In this document: in pieces, positions 10,844 to 19,622 of the stretch
Layout: each line of letters starts with the position of its first letter
Numbering within the stretch: the stretch's first letter is position 1
Assembly: GCA_964291265.2 (NCBI GenBank)
Contig: OZ219746.1
Location: 1 to 64,000 of the forward strand
DNA length: 64,000 nt
Direction of reading: 5' to 3'
Source: Alphaproteobacteria bacterium
GTDB lineage: Bacteria > Pseudomonadota > Alphaproteobacteria > SP197
The notes under the pieces: generated by a model
Seen by the model: the letters and a program-made list of their open reading frames with translations, nothing else
Databases searched by the model: none
What the model was told of the DNA's origin: nothing
Made by a program: the position numbers and the translations under genes

Positions 10844-11569
10844 GTAACTTCGGCTTGACATCCCGGTTCCCCCCCGTGACGGCCTTTCCCGACCGGGGAC
10901 GAATGGAGAGCACTTCCGTCCGCCGCCGTGCTTCGGACCGCCGGCCGGGCGGCCAGCCCGGTCATCCGGGAACGACGCTGCGCCGTTCCGAGACGCCGGG
11001 TCGGATCGAGGATCTTCCTCCCGATTCCTGCGGTCGATGCGGAAGGTCCCGGGCCGGATTGCCTTCGGAGGTGCAGGCCACCCGGCCGCTCACGGACCTT
11101 CCGCCGATGGCGCTTGAGACCGTCGAACCCCGGATTCATCAAGCGGTGTGTGGCCCCTTGCGGAGAGGGGAACCCGAACCGCTTTCCGGAGGGCGGGACG
11201 GTTCCGGTCCCGTACGGCCCGGGGGCGATCGTGCAGTACCTGGGGCAGCGCACCGGATTCCGCGTCGCCGGATCGTCGCGGTACTCGCAGACCGGTTCGG
11301 TGTGACCCGGCCCCAAGGGACGGTTTCCGCCCTTCTGGACCGGGGCGCCGACCGATTCTCCGGTGTCGCCGGGCAGGTCCGGGATGCTGCGGCCCCGGCC
11401 GCCGTCAAGCCCAAGGACGAGACCGGCGTCCGGGTTCACGGTCGGTGGAAATGGATCCCCGTCACCGGTACGAAGCGGATCCGCCCTTTCCGCCTCGGCG
11501 AAGGCCGCGGGGACGGGATCGCGGAAGCGACCGGCCTTCGGTGCACGATGTCTGGAAACCGTACGGGAA
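10844..11569 (+). pseudogene. IS66-family transposase remnant (copy 2)
   Basis: Duplicate of 1815-2540. Confidence 0.65.
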
Positions 11570-11570
11570 G

Positions 11571-12467
11571 ATCCTCTTCGGCAGTCAGGTCACCCGGCTG
11601 ATCGCGCGGCGCGTGCGCGAGCACGGCGTCTACTGCGAGATCGTCCCCTGGCACCGGGCGGCCGGGCGCCTCGATCCTCCACCCGTCGCCGTCATCCAGT
11701 CCGGCGGACCCGATTCGACGGTGTCCGATGCGGCCCCGACGGTCGCGCCCGAGATCTTCCGGGCCGGCGTGCCGGTGCTCGGGAGCTGCTACGGACAGCA
11801 GGCCATGGTGCAGGCGCTCGGCGGCCGGGTGGACGCGGCCCGGGACCGGGAGTTCGGGCGCGCGGACCTTGAGGTCACGGCGCCTTCGGCGCTGTTCGGC
11901 GGCCTGTGGAAGCCGGGCGAACGTCATCCGGTATGGATGAGTCACGGAGACCGCGTGGATGCGGTGCCGCCGGGCTTCCGGGGGGGTGGCCCGGACCGCC
12001 GCGTCGCCGTTTGCGGCCATCGCCGACGATCGCCGCCGGTACTGCGGGGTGCAGTTTCATCCGGAGGTCGTGCACACGCCGGACGGTTCCCGGCTGCCCC
12101 GCCGGTTTGTCCGGGAGGCGGCCGGCCTGGCGGGAACCTGAACGGCCGGCCGGATCCGGTCGGACGCGGTCGCGCGCATCCGGGCGCAGGTGGGCCGGGG
12201 GCGGGTGATCTGCGGGCTGTCGGGCGGCGTCGACAGCGCCGTGACGGCGCGGCTGGTGCACGAGGCCGTGGGCGACCGGCTGACCTGCGTGCTGGTCGAC
12301 CACGGCCTGCTGCGTGCGGACGAGGCGTCCGAACGGCGGGCGTCTGCCGGTTTCCGTCGGAGTTGTCGGCGGCGGTGGCCGCGACGATCGTCAATCGGGT
12401 TCCGGGCCGCAACCGGGTGCTGTACGACGTGACGTCGAAGCCGCCCGGCACGATCGAGTGGGAGTGA
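11571..12467 (+). pseudogene. guaA: GMP synthase pseudogene (copy 2)
   Basis: Duplicate of 2542-3438. Confidence 0.9.
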
Positions 12468-12779
12468 GGGCGCGGGCGGCGGTCGGCCCGTCCTTGCCAT
12501 CGTGCGGCGGGTGCGGTGGCGGGGGGCCGCTGCTGTCCTGTCCTGCGTTCCCCGGCGCTTGCGTGCGGGCTGGCCGGGGTCTTCTGCGGAGCGGGTCCGG
12601 GGGGTCTCGCGCCCCAATGGTATTCGGGCATGTCTGCCGATGTAACGGCGGCTTGTCCTACGCCGTCAACCCATTGACATAAAGGACTTTACTTTTCTCG
12701 GACGTTTTTCCACACGCATTGCTTGACAAGCATTCGCTGATTTGCAAGATGTCCCCGAATCGGTGATGCGGAAGCACTC

Positions 12780-14954
12780 ATGGACCAGCGAATCGTCGCC
12801 CTGCCGTCGACCACCTTCTCGGGCCGCCGCCTGACCCGCCAGCAGATCGCGGATGCCCAGGAGACCGTGGAGATGTTTCCCCATGACAGCCGCAACGAGC
12901 TGGCGAAGACCATCTGCGAGCATCTGCACTGGAAGACGGCGAAGGGCGCCTACAAGGTCGGGGCCTGCCTCGGGATGCTGGAGACCCTGGAGCGCTGCGG
13001 CATCCTGACCTTGCCGCCCTTGCGCGAGGACCACGTCCGCGACATGACCTGCCCCCCTGCCTGGACCTCGGCCTCGGACCCGCAGCCGGAGATCGTGGCG
13101 CCGCTGTCGGAACTGTGCCCGCTTCGCGTCGAGCCCGTCACCGACACCGAGGGGCGGCAGCTGTGGAACGCCTTCGTCGACCGGTATCATTACCTCGGCT
13201 ACAAGCGCCCCTACGGGGCGCATGTCCGCTACTTCGTCACCGACAGGCAGGGGCGCAAGCTGGGCTGCATCCTGTTCGAGGCGACAACGAAGACACTTCC
13301 CTGCCGGGACCGCTGGATCGGCTGGACGAACCGCAGGCGTGACAGCAAGCGGCACCTGATGACGGTCAATTCAAGGTACCTGGTGTTTCCCTGGGTCGTC
13401 TCGAAGAACCTTGCGTCCTCGGCCCTGGCCATGGCGACGCGCCGCCTCGCCGACGACTGGGAGCGTCTTCACGGCTGGCGTCCCGTCCTCATCGAGACCT
13501 TCGTCGACGAGACCCGGTTCAAGGCCTCGTGCTACCGTGCGGCCAACTGGCAACGCATCGGTGATACCGCGGGCCGGGGCAAGTCGCGCAAAGGGGTCTA
13601 CGTACTGGCGCTTGAGCGGGGTGCTCGCGAGATCCTGCGCTCGGAGAGCGGCGCGGCGAGGAAGAAGCCTGCGACGCGTGCTGAACGGGGACGGTCCGCC
13701 ATCGCCGACCGGCGGTTCTCGAAGCGCTGGGAGGCGCTTGTTGCGGCCGCCGTTGCGATTGCGGAACGCGAGGACGCGCGCTGGCAGAAACGTCGGCGGG
13801 TCTTCAACAGCCTGCTGATCATGCTGTTCGTGCTCCGCCTCGTTGCCGCGTCGCGCGGGCAAGGCTACGGGACCACGCTCAGCGAACTCTGGGAGCATTG
13901 CGAGGCCGCAGGCATCGAGCTGCCGCAGGCGGAGCCTCCGGCGGCATCGACGGCCTGCGAGGCGCGGGAGAAGCTCGACGAGGCCGCGTTCAAGCGCCTG
14001 CACGCGGAGATCCTCGCCCACTGTCCCGAGTGCACGCTGTGGAAGGGTCACAGGACTCTCGCCGTCGACGGCTCGAAGATCACCCTGCCCAGGGAACTCG
14101 CACAGTACGGCTATCGTGTGAGCGACGGCGCCCACTACCCCCAGGGCATGGTCAGCACACTCTACCGGCTCAATGACCGCATCCCGATCGACTTCGACCT
14201 GTTCGACCACGAGAACGAGCGGGCAGCCGCCCTCGTGCACCTCGACCATGCTGCCGAAGGCGATGTCATCGTCTACGACCGGGGCTACTACTCCTTCGCC
14301 ATGGCCCTCGCTCATCAGGAGCGCAAACTCAACTTCGTGTTCCGCATCCAGAAAGGCGCCAACCCCGTGTTCGACGCCTTCATCGCCTCCGGCGAGGACG
14401 ACCGGACCATCACCCTCGACGCCCCCAGGGACGAGACCGCGCTACGCTCGAAGACCCTGCGCGTCCGCCTCGTCAGGTACCGGTATGCCGACACGGAGTA
14501 CTACATCGCGACCTCCCTGCTCGACGGCAGCCGCTATCCCGTCCCCGCACTCTCTGATCTCTATCATGCTCGTTGGGGCGTGGAGGAAATGTACAAGACC
14601 GGCAAGTTCCTGATCGAGGCCTTCCACGCCAAGTCCAGGCGCGGCGTCCGCCAGGAACTCTACGCCGCCTTCGTCCTCATCACCCTCGCCCGCCAGTTCG
14701 CGAACCGCTGCGACAACGACATCGACGACGGCGACGACCTGCCGGCCATGCGCACCAACTTCCGCAACAGCCTGCGCCTCGTCGGCAAGGAGATCGAGGC
14801 CATGTTCCTCGCACAGAGCGCCATGGTCGTCCAGTCCGTCAGGCGGATCATGTCCGGGCTCTCGCGCTGCATCCAGCGCGAAAGGCCCGGGCGCAGCTAC
14901 GTGCGGCAGTCGAAGCAGCCAAGGAGCAAGTGGCAGAAACGGGTACCCGCCTGA
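12780..14954 (+). CDS. Fusion of DUF4338 (Druantia DruA-like) domain and IS4-family DDE transposase
   Basis: N-half HYLGY...RDRWIGW...NLAS..L....L..DW...G..PVLIETFVD...CYRAANW..IG.TAGRG. C-half AVDGS, YDRGY, LYHARWGVEE.YK. Confidence 0.8.
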   Translation: MDQRIVALPSTTFSGRRLTRQQIADAQETVEMFPHDSRNELAKTICEHLHWKTAKGAYKVGACLGMLETLERCGILTLPPLREDHVRDMTCPPAWTSASDPQPEIVAPLSELCPLRVEPVTDTEGRQLWNAFVDRYHYLGYKRPYGAHVRYFVTDRQGRKLGCILFEATTKTLPCRDRWIGWTNRRRDSKRHLMTVNSRYLVFPWVVSKNLASSALAMATRRLADDWERLHGWRPVLIETFVDETRFKASCYRAANWQRIGDTAGRGKSRKGVYVLALERGAREILRSESGAARKKPATRAERGRSAIADRRFSKRWEALVAAAVAIAEREDARWQKRRRVFNSLLIMLFVLRLVAASRGQGYGTTLSELWEHCEAAGIELPQAEPPAASTACEAREKLDEAAFKRLHAEILAHCPECTLWKGHRTLAVDGSKITLPRELAQYGYRVSDGAHYPQGMVSTLYRLNDRIPIDFDLFDHENERAAALVHLDHAAEGDVIVYDRGYYSFAMALAHQERKLNFVFRIQKGANPVFDAFIASGEDDRTITLDAPRDETALRSKTLRVRLVRYRYADTEYYIATSLLDGSRYPVPALSDLYHARWGVEEMYKTGKFLIEAFHAKSRRGVRQELYAAFVLITLARQFANRCDNDIDDGDDLPAMRTNFRNSLRLVGKEIEAMFLAQSAMVVQSVRRIMSGLSRCIQRERPGRSYVRQSKQPRSKWQKRVPA

Positions 14955-14978
14955 CACCAACGCCAGCCGCCAGACAGG

Positions 14979-15019
14979 CCCCCGGCTTCGGGCAAAACCC
15001 GAAGTCGGGGGACTTTTTT
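14979..15019 (+). terminator. Intrinsic terminator inside the IS right end
   Basis: CCCCCGGCTTCGGG-caaaa-CCCGAAGTCGGGGG followed by ACTTTTTT. Confidence 0.75.
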
Positions 15020-15101
15020 ATCCGAACGCAGGAAAAACTTATCCGAATGCCTTTGTCTCGCGCCCGGCCGTCGGCCGGCAAAACGGGGTGGAGATCAGGG
15101 C

Positions 15102-15130
15102 TTGCAGCTTTCGTTTCGCAGGCCTATATT
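15102..15130 (+). promoter_or_regulatory. Putative sigma70 promoter of lipoprotein B copy 2
   Basis: TTGCAG-N17-TATATT, left intact by the IS upstream. Confidence 0.55.
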
Positions 15131-15245
15131 GAGCGCCGAGCGTTCGTCGGGGCCGCCTGCGGATGGCCTGCGGATGCCTCATGCGTGCAAAATCCTAAGG
15201 GCCCCTTCACGGGGTTTCTTCCGCAGTCGAAGGGGAGCCTCGACG

Positions 15246-17264
15246 ATGAAACAGACGGAGACACCGATGTACAAGAACGTGGCGATGGCCTGCAGCGTGG
15301 TCGTACTCGCTTTCGGGCTGGCGGCGTGCAGCAGCAGCAACAAGACGGCCGCCCCGGCTGATCCTCCGGCGGTGGCTCCGGAGCTCCAGGAGCAGCGGGA
15401 TAAGGCCAAGGCTGCCGAGACGGCGGCCAAGGCCGCCTCGGACCTCGCGGCCCAGGGCATGGCGGCGGCCGGCGACGATCCGGCCAAGATCGGCTCGGAG
15501 GCGGCGCAGGCGGCGGTGATGAGCCTCGTGTCCGTCCAGCTTCCCGCGAAGGCGAAGATGTACGCCGACAAGGCCAAGGCGGCGGCCGATGCGGCGAAGA
15601 GAGCCTACGACACGGCGAAGGCGGCATCCGCGAAGGCGGCGGCGGCGACCAGTCTGGCGGCGGCGGCCGAGGCCAGGCTCGACGCCGAGGCGGCCCGGAA
15701 GGAAGCCGAGGCGCAGGCCGAGATCGCCAATGCCCAGGCCAAACTGGCGGTGGATGCGGCCAAGGGGATCGCGTACGCCGACGGAACCTACACGGTCGGC
15801 GCCATGTCGATCACGCCCGGCACAGCGGGGACCACGAGAACCGTCGACGGCAAGTCGGTGACGGTCGGCCTTCTCGGGTCTGACGACGGCATCGCAAAGA
15901 AGACCGTGGCCCGCAAGGATCCCGTGAGCCCATCCACGGACAAGGTTGTGACCACCGACGTGACCCATATGGTGGCTGACCTTAGGCCCCGCATCCATAA
16001 CGCCGGCACCGAATACACGGGCCTCACATCCCGGGACACGCCGGCAGGGGGCGTCTTGGGATCGCCGCAGATCAATACGGGCCGCAAGATCCGGGTCAGC
16101 AACATGTACGATTCGGAGGACGACAAGTCCCGTCTCTGGCTCGTCACGCATTACATGGGCAAGGCATCCGTCGGATTCTTCTATCGCGAAGAGACCCAAG
16201 TCACGGCCACCGTAGACCAGGAACCGGATGCTCCCTACGGCAAGTGGGCGAAGGATGACACCGGTACCGACTATGCGGGCGGGCCGAAGGTGGTGGAGAA
16301 GGCGTCCGGCAACTTCTACCTTGCCACGTCAGGCTCGGTCGAACCCGTCGGGGGCCGGATCTGGAACGGGAGCGCCGGAACGTTCGACATCTATACGGGC
16401 GACGACGAGGAAAAACTTGGAGAAGGCAAGGTCTTCTACATTCAAGACAACCGTAACGACGCGGATGGTGCCCGCAATGACCGAAGGACATGGCTGGAAC
16501 TGGTCGCGACCATCACCAAGCCGGACGGCACGAAGTCGTTCCAGTACAAGATGATCCAGGCTTGGACGGGAGACTATCGGGGAGACCCTGACAAGATATC
16601 CGTTTCCGACTTTCCGGAATCGATGGCCTACGATCATGTCAATTTCGGCCTGTGGTCGATGCTGAGCGATTCCGGCGAGAAGCCGAAGGAGCTGGGCATC
16701 GCATTCGCCATGGCCAAGCAGGGCGGCAGCATGACCGCCGCCGACGCCATGCCGGCGACCGGCACCGCCACCTACAACGGTTCCTGGGCGGCGCATGTTC
16801 GTGCGAGGGCCGTCGTCTCGGGCGCCGGCGGCGTCACCACCAACCCTTCTCCGATTACCGAGCAAAGCGGCAACTCGGTGGTGACGGCGGACTTTGCGAA
16901 GAATACCGTCAAGGTCAATCTGCACCAGCTTGCCATGCTTGAGGGCGCGATTTCCGGCAACATGTTCTCGGGAACCAAGGTCTCCGACGTCAAGGCCAAC
17001 AAGGGGAACCTGGTCGCCACTGCCGATGGAGCCGGCTTCACGGGCGAGTTCAGCGGTAGCTTCTTCGGCTCTGAGGCCGAGGAGGTCGGCGGCGTGTTCG
17101 ACTATACGTCGGAGAAGTTGGTGAAGGGCGAGTTCCGCGGTGCCTTCGGCGGCTCGAAGTTCGGCATGCCGATGGCCGAGATGATCCCGTCAACGTCGGG
17201 TGCCGTCCCGGGTGCTTTGATGAAGGTCAATCGTCGGCTCGATATTCCGGACGTTCCCGAATAG
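15246..17264 (+). CDS. TbpB-like surface lipoprotein, allele B (copy 2)
   Basis: Same translation as 3766-5784. Confidence 0.82.
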   Translation: MKQTETPMYKNVAMACSVVVLAFGLAACSSSNKTAAPADPPAVAPELQEQRDKAKAAETAAKAASDLAAQGMAAAGDDPAKIGSEAAQAAVMSLVSVQLPAKAKMYADKAKAAADAAKRAYDTAKAASAKAAAATSLAAAAEARLDAEAARKEAEAQAEIANAQAKLAVDAAKGIAYADGTYTVGAMSITPGTAGTTRTVDGKSVTVGLLGSDDGIAKKTVARKDPVSPSTDKVVTTDVTHMVADLRPRIHNAGTEYTGLTSRDTPAGGVLGSPQINTGRKIRVSNMYDSEDDKSRLWLVTHYMGKASVGFFYREETQVTATVDQEPDAPYGKWAKDDTGTDYAGGPKVVEKASGNFYLATSGSVEPVGGRIWNGSAGTFDIYTGDDEEKLGEGKVFYIQDNRNDADGARNDRRTWLELVATITKPDGTKSFQYKMIQAWTGDYRGDPDKISVSDFPESMAYDHVNFGLWSMLSDSGEKPKELGIAFAMAKQGGSMTAADAMPATGTATYNGSWAAHVRARAVVSGAGGVTTNPSPITEQSGNSVVTADFAKNTVKVNLHQLAMLEGAISGNMFSGTKVSDVKANKGNLVATADGAGFTGEFSGSFFGSEAEEVGGVFDYTSEKLVKGEFRGAFGGSKFGMPMAEMIPSTSGAVPGALMKVNRRLDIPDVPE

Positions 17265-17324
17265 GCGCCGCCGTCACGACCCTGGCGGCCTTGTCTTTTC
17301 GGACGCTGGCCGGGCAATCCGTGC

Positions 17325-17346
17325 ATGCCTCGATCTACGGGTTTTG
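17325..17346 (+). pseudogene. Stub (first 7 codons) of the second slam copy
   Basis: ATGCCTCGATCTACGGGTTTTG equals 5845-5866, then an abrupt break. Confidence 0.8.
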
Positions 17347-17461
17347 GACGAAGGCCGCTTCGCGGCCTTCGTCCAATAGGACCTGACAACAGGGAAGAAA
17401 CACGACCCTGACAAAGCGCGGCAAATCGCCGAAATCCCGCCGTTCTATGCAGCCATCAACA
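17344..17461 (-). mobile_element. Solo IS21-type left end (87 bp) plus a perfect hairpin
   Basis: 17375-17461 is the reverse complement of 51893-51979. 17344-17376 is TTGGACGAAGGCCGC-ttc-GCGGCCTTCGTCCAA. Confidence 0.8.
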
Positions 17462-17723
17462 ACAGTCGCTTGATATCCCAGGATCGTCGCCCCGGGGTGT
17501 TGCAGAACCCATCGCGGAACCTCGAATCTGGATGTTGTCTGTCGGAGCGTTTCGGGAAGGATGGGCGTGGCGCTTTCGGCCATCTTCCCACAGCCATCCA
17601 CCGCATCTTCGATGCGCTCTCCGGACACTGCGTGAACCCGAACCCTCAGCGACCAGTTCCGGGCAGCCCTCAGGATTTGGGTTGACGCTTGCCGGGCGGC
17701 GGCGTTGTCCCTATGATGTCCCC

Positions 17724-18041
17724 ATGTCAGAGGCCATCGCGTTCGATGCACACCGCTTCGTCAAGCGCCTGACCGACTGCGGCTTCACCGAGCAGCAGGC
17801 CGAGACGCTTGCCGACGAGCAGGTCGCCCTGCTCAACGCCAACCTGGCGACGAAGGCCGGCATGGAAGCGATGCGCCAGGAGACCAGGTCCGGCATCGAC
17901 GCGGTGCGCCAGGAAAATGCAACCGCCATGGCGAGGGTCGAGACGCGCATGGAGTCGATCAAGTTCGATCTGATGAAATGGATGATCGGTCTGTTGATCG
18001 CCTAGGGTGGGCTGCTCATCGCCCTCGTCAGGTTCCTGTAG
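17724..18041 (+). pseudogene. CCDC90/DUF1640-like coiled-coil membrane protein with a premature TAG at 18003-18005
   Basis: FDAHRFVKRL...GFTEQQAE...LATK...LMKWMIG; the hydrophobic tail continues after the stop (GGLLIALVRFL). Confidence 0.7.
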
Positions 18042-18272
18042 AGATCTCGTAGCGGCGTTCGGTCCACAGGCCACCCGGGCTTCCCCGGAAACAGGATGCG
18101 CCACCATGTCCGAGGTCCTCGCCACTGACTGGAAGAACCCGTCGTCGGCGCCGCAAGACCGCGCCGGTGAGCGCACCGGGTTCGCCGCTGATCCGGACGC
18201 CTTCTCGCGCACGGCCAGGGCACAGGCGGAGGATGACGCGATGAAACTCGGCCATGTCGGGGGCATGGACCG

Positions 18273-19577
18273 TTGAAGCCACCGGCGCATGCAGCCACCA
18301 ATGGCTGGTACAGCATCCTTCCCCCACCGCCCCGGGCGCAACGTGTCGAGGGCACGGTCCGTGTGCCATGGGCCGTGGTCGGCGCCGGCTTCACCGGGCT
18401 GGCGGCGGCGCGCACGCTGGCCGGCCACCTGCCGGATCAGACGATCGCGCTCATCGAGGCGGAGCGGGTGGGCTTCGGCGCGTCGGGGAGAAATTCGGGC
18501 TTCGTCCTGGACTCCCACTTCATGCCGCAGCGGCTTCCGTTTGCCGATCCGGAACACGCCAGGGCGGCGACCCGTCTGTGCACCGGCGGCAGGGACATCC
18601 TGAAGGGTCTGGTGCGGCGACACCGGATCGCCTGTCACTGGCATGACTGGGGCAAGCTCTGGGTCGCCGGCTCTTCCGCCGGGGAGGAGGGCCTTCTTCG
18701 CCAGCGCCAGGGCAATGATGTGCTGGGTATCCGCCACCAGGTTCTCGATCGCGACGATGTCGAGGCGCTCACCGGGACACGCTTCTACAGCGCGGGCCTC
18801 AAGGTCGAGGGCACGGCGCTGGTCAACCCGGCGGCGCTGTGCCGGGGCCTTGCCGACACCCTGCCGGCCAACGTCGCACTCCATGAAGAGTCCCCGGTTC
18901 TCAAGTGCCACAAGGGGAATCCGCACCGGCTCGTGACTCCGGCAGGCGAGGTTGTCGCCGACGGGGTCATCCTCTGCACGAACGTCTATTCGCCGTCCCT
19001 CGGTGTCGCCCGCCACGCGATGGCGCCCCTTGTTCTCTACGCCAGTCTGACCCGGCCCATGACGCCTCGAGAGACCAAGCTCGCAGGTGGAGACCGCCGC
19101 GGTTTTGGTCTGCTCCCGGCGGCGCGGGGCGGTTCGACCATCCAGCGCACCCCCGAAGGACGGCTGCTTGTCCGCAACACCCTGGCATATGGCCCGGCTG
19201 CCGCGTCGCAGCCGACGAGGCTGGAGGCGGCACGACTCTGTCATGTCGATTCGATCCGCAAGCGCTGGCCGGCGATCGCGGACATCGACATCGAGCACAC
19301 CTGGGGAGGGTGCGTCGGCATCACGCGCAACGACGGCCACATCTTCGGCGCCGTCGGCAATCGGCTGTGGGCGTCGATCGGTTGCAACGGTGCGGGAGTA
19401 TCGCGCGGCACCATGGCCGGTGTTCTCCTTGCCGATCTTGTGGCCGGCCGGGACTCGGACCTGTTGCGCGATCAGCAACGCGTTCCCGCACCAGGCTGGA
19501 TGCCGCCGGAACCCCTGCGCGGCCTGATCGGCCGGAGCCAACTCCGTCAGCACATGGCGGACATGGCCGAACGCTGA
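18273..19577 (+). CDS. FAD-dependent oxidoreductase (DAO / gamma-glutamylputrescine oxidase-like)
   Basis: VVGAGFTGL, GASGRNSG, WGG, GCNGAG...GT.AG. Start codon uncertain. Confidence 0.8.
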   Translation: MKPPAHAATNGWYSILPPPPRAQRVEGTVRVPWAVVGAGFTGLAAARTLAGHLPDQTIALIEAERVGFGASGRNSGFVLDSHFMPQRLPFADPEHARAATRLCTGGRDILKGLVRRHRIACHWHDWGKLWVAGSSAGEEGLLRQRQGNDVLGIRHQVLDRDDVEALTGTRFYSAGLKVEGTALVNPAALCRGLADTLPANVALHEESPVLKCHKGNPHRLVTPAGEVVADGVILCTNVYSPSLGVARHAMAPLVLYASLTRPMTPRETKLAGGDRRGFGLLPAARGGSTIQRTPEGRLLVRNTLAYGPAAASQPTRLEAARLCHVDSIRKRWPAIADIDIEHTWGGCVGITRNDGHIFGAVGNRLWASIGCNGAGVSRGTMAGVLLADLVAGRDSDLLRDQQRVPAPGWMPPEPLRGLIGRSQLRQHMADMAER

Positions 19578-19622
19578 AGCGTCGATGTCGCAAGGACCCC
19601 CGTTTCGGCACGGCATTCGAAG

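Larger units (their letters stand above)
12615..15055 (+). mobile_element. IS4-like insertion sequence, 2,441 bp, 10-bp TSD
   Basis: IRs CAATGGTATTCGG / CAAAGGCATTCGG (11/13). TSD TCTCGCGCCC at 12605-12614 and 15056-15065. The empty site is visible in the first repeat unit (~3576-3585). Confidence 0.92.
1..17346 (+). repeat. Tandem duplication with 9,029-bp period: 1-5866 recurs at 9030-17346, the second copy interrupted by an IS adding 2,451 bp including the TSD
   Basis: ORF track repeats at offset 9029 (101->9130) and, after the IS, at offset 11480 (3644->15124). Identity ends at 5866/17346. Confidence 0.95.

Noticed and set aside
3300-12467. Prophage or island att sites at guaA
   Set aside because: No integrase or phage genes lie next to the fragments, and the repeats extend far into the lipoprotein gene.
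12780-14954. Druantia defence system
   Set aside because: Only a DruA-like domain fused to a transposase inside IS ends; no DruE helicase or other dru genes.
1-17264. Diversity-generating retroelement or shufflon acting on the lipoproteins
   Set aside because: No reverse transcriptase, no adenine-specific TR/VR pair, no adjacent intact invertase, and all cassettes are co-oriented.
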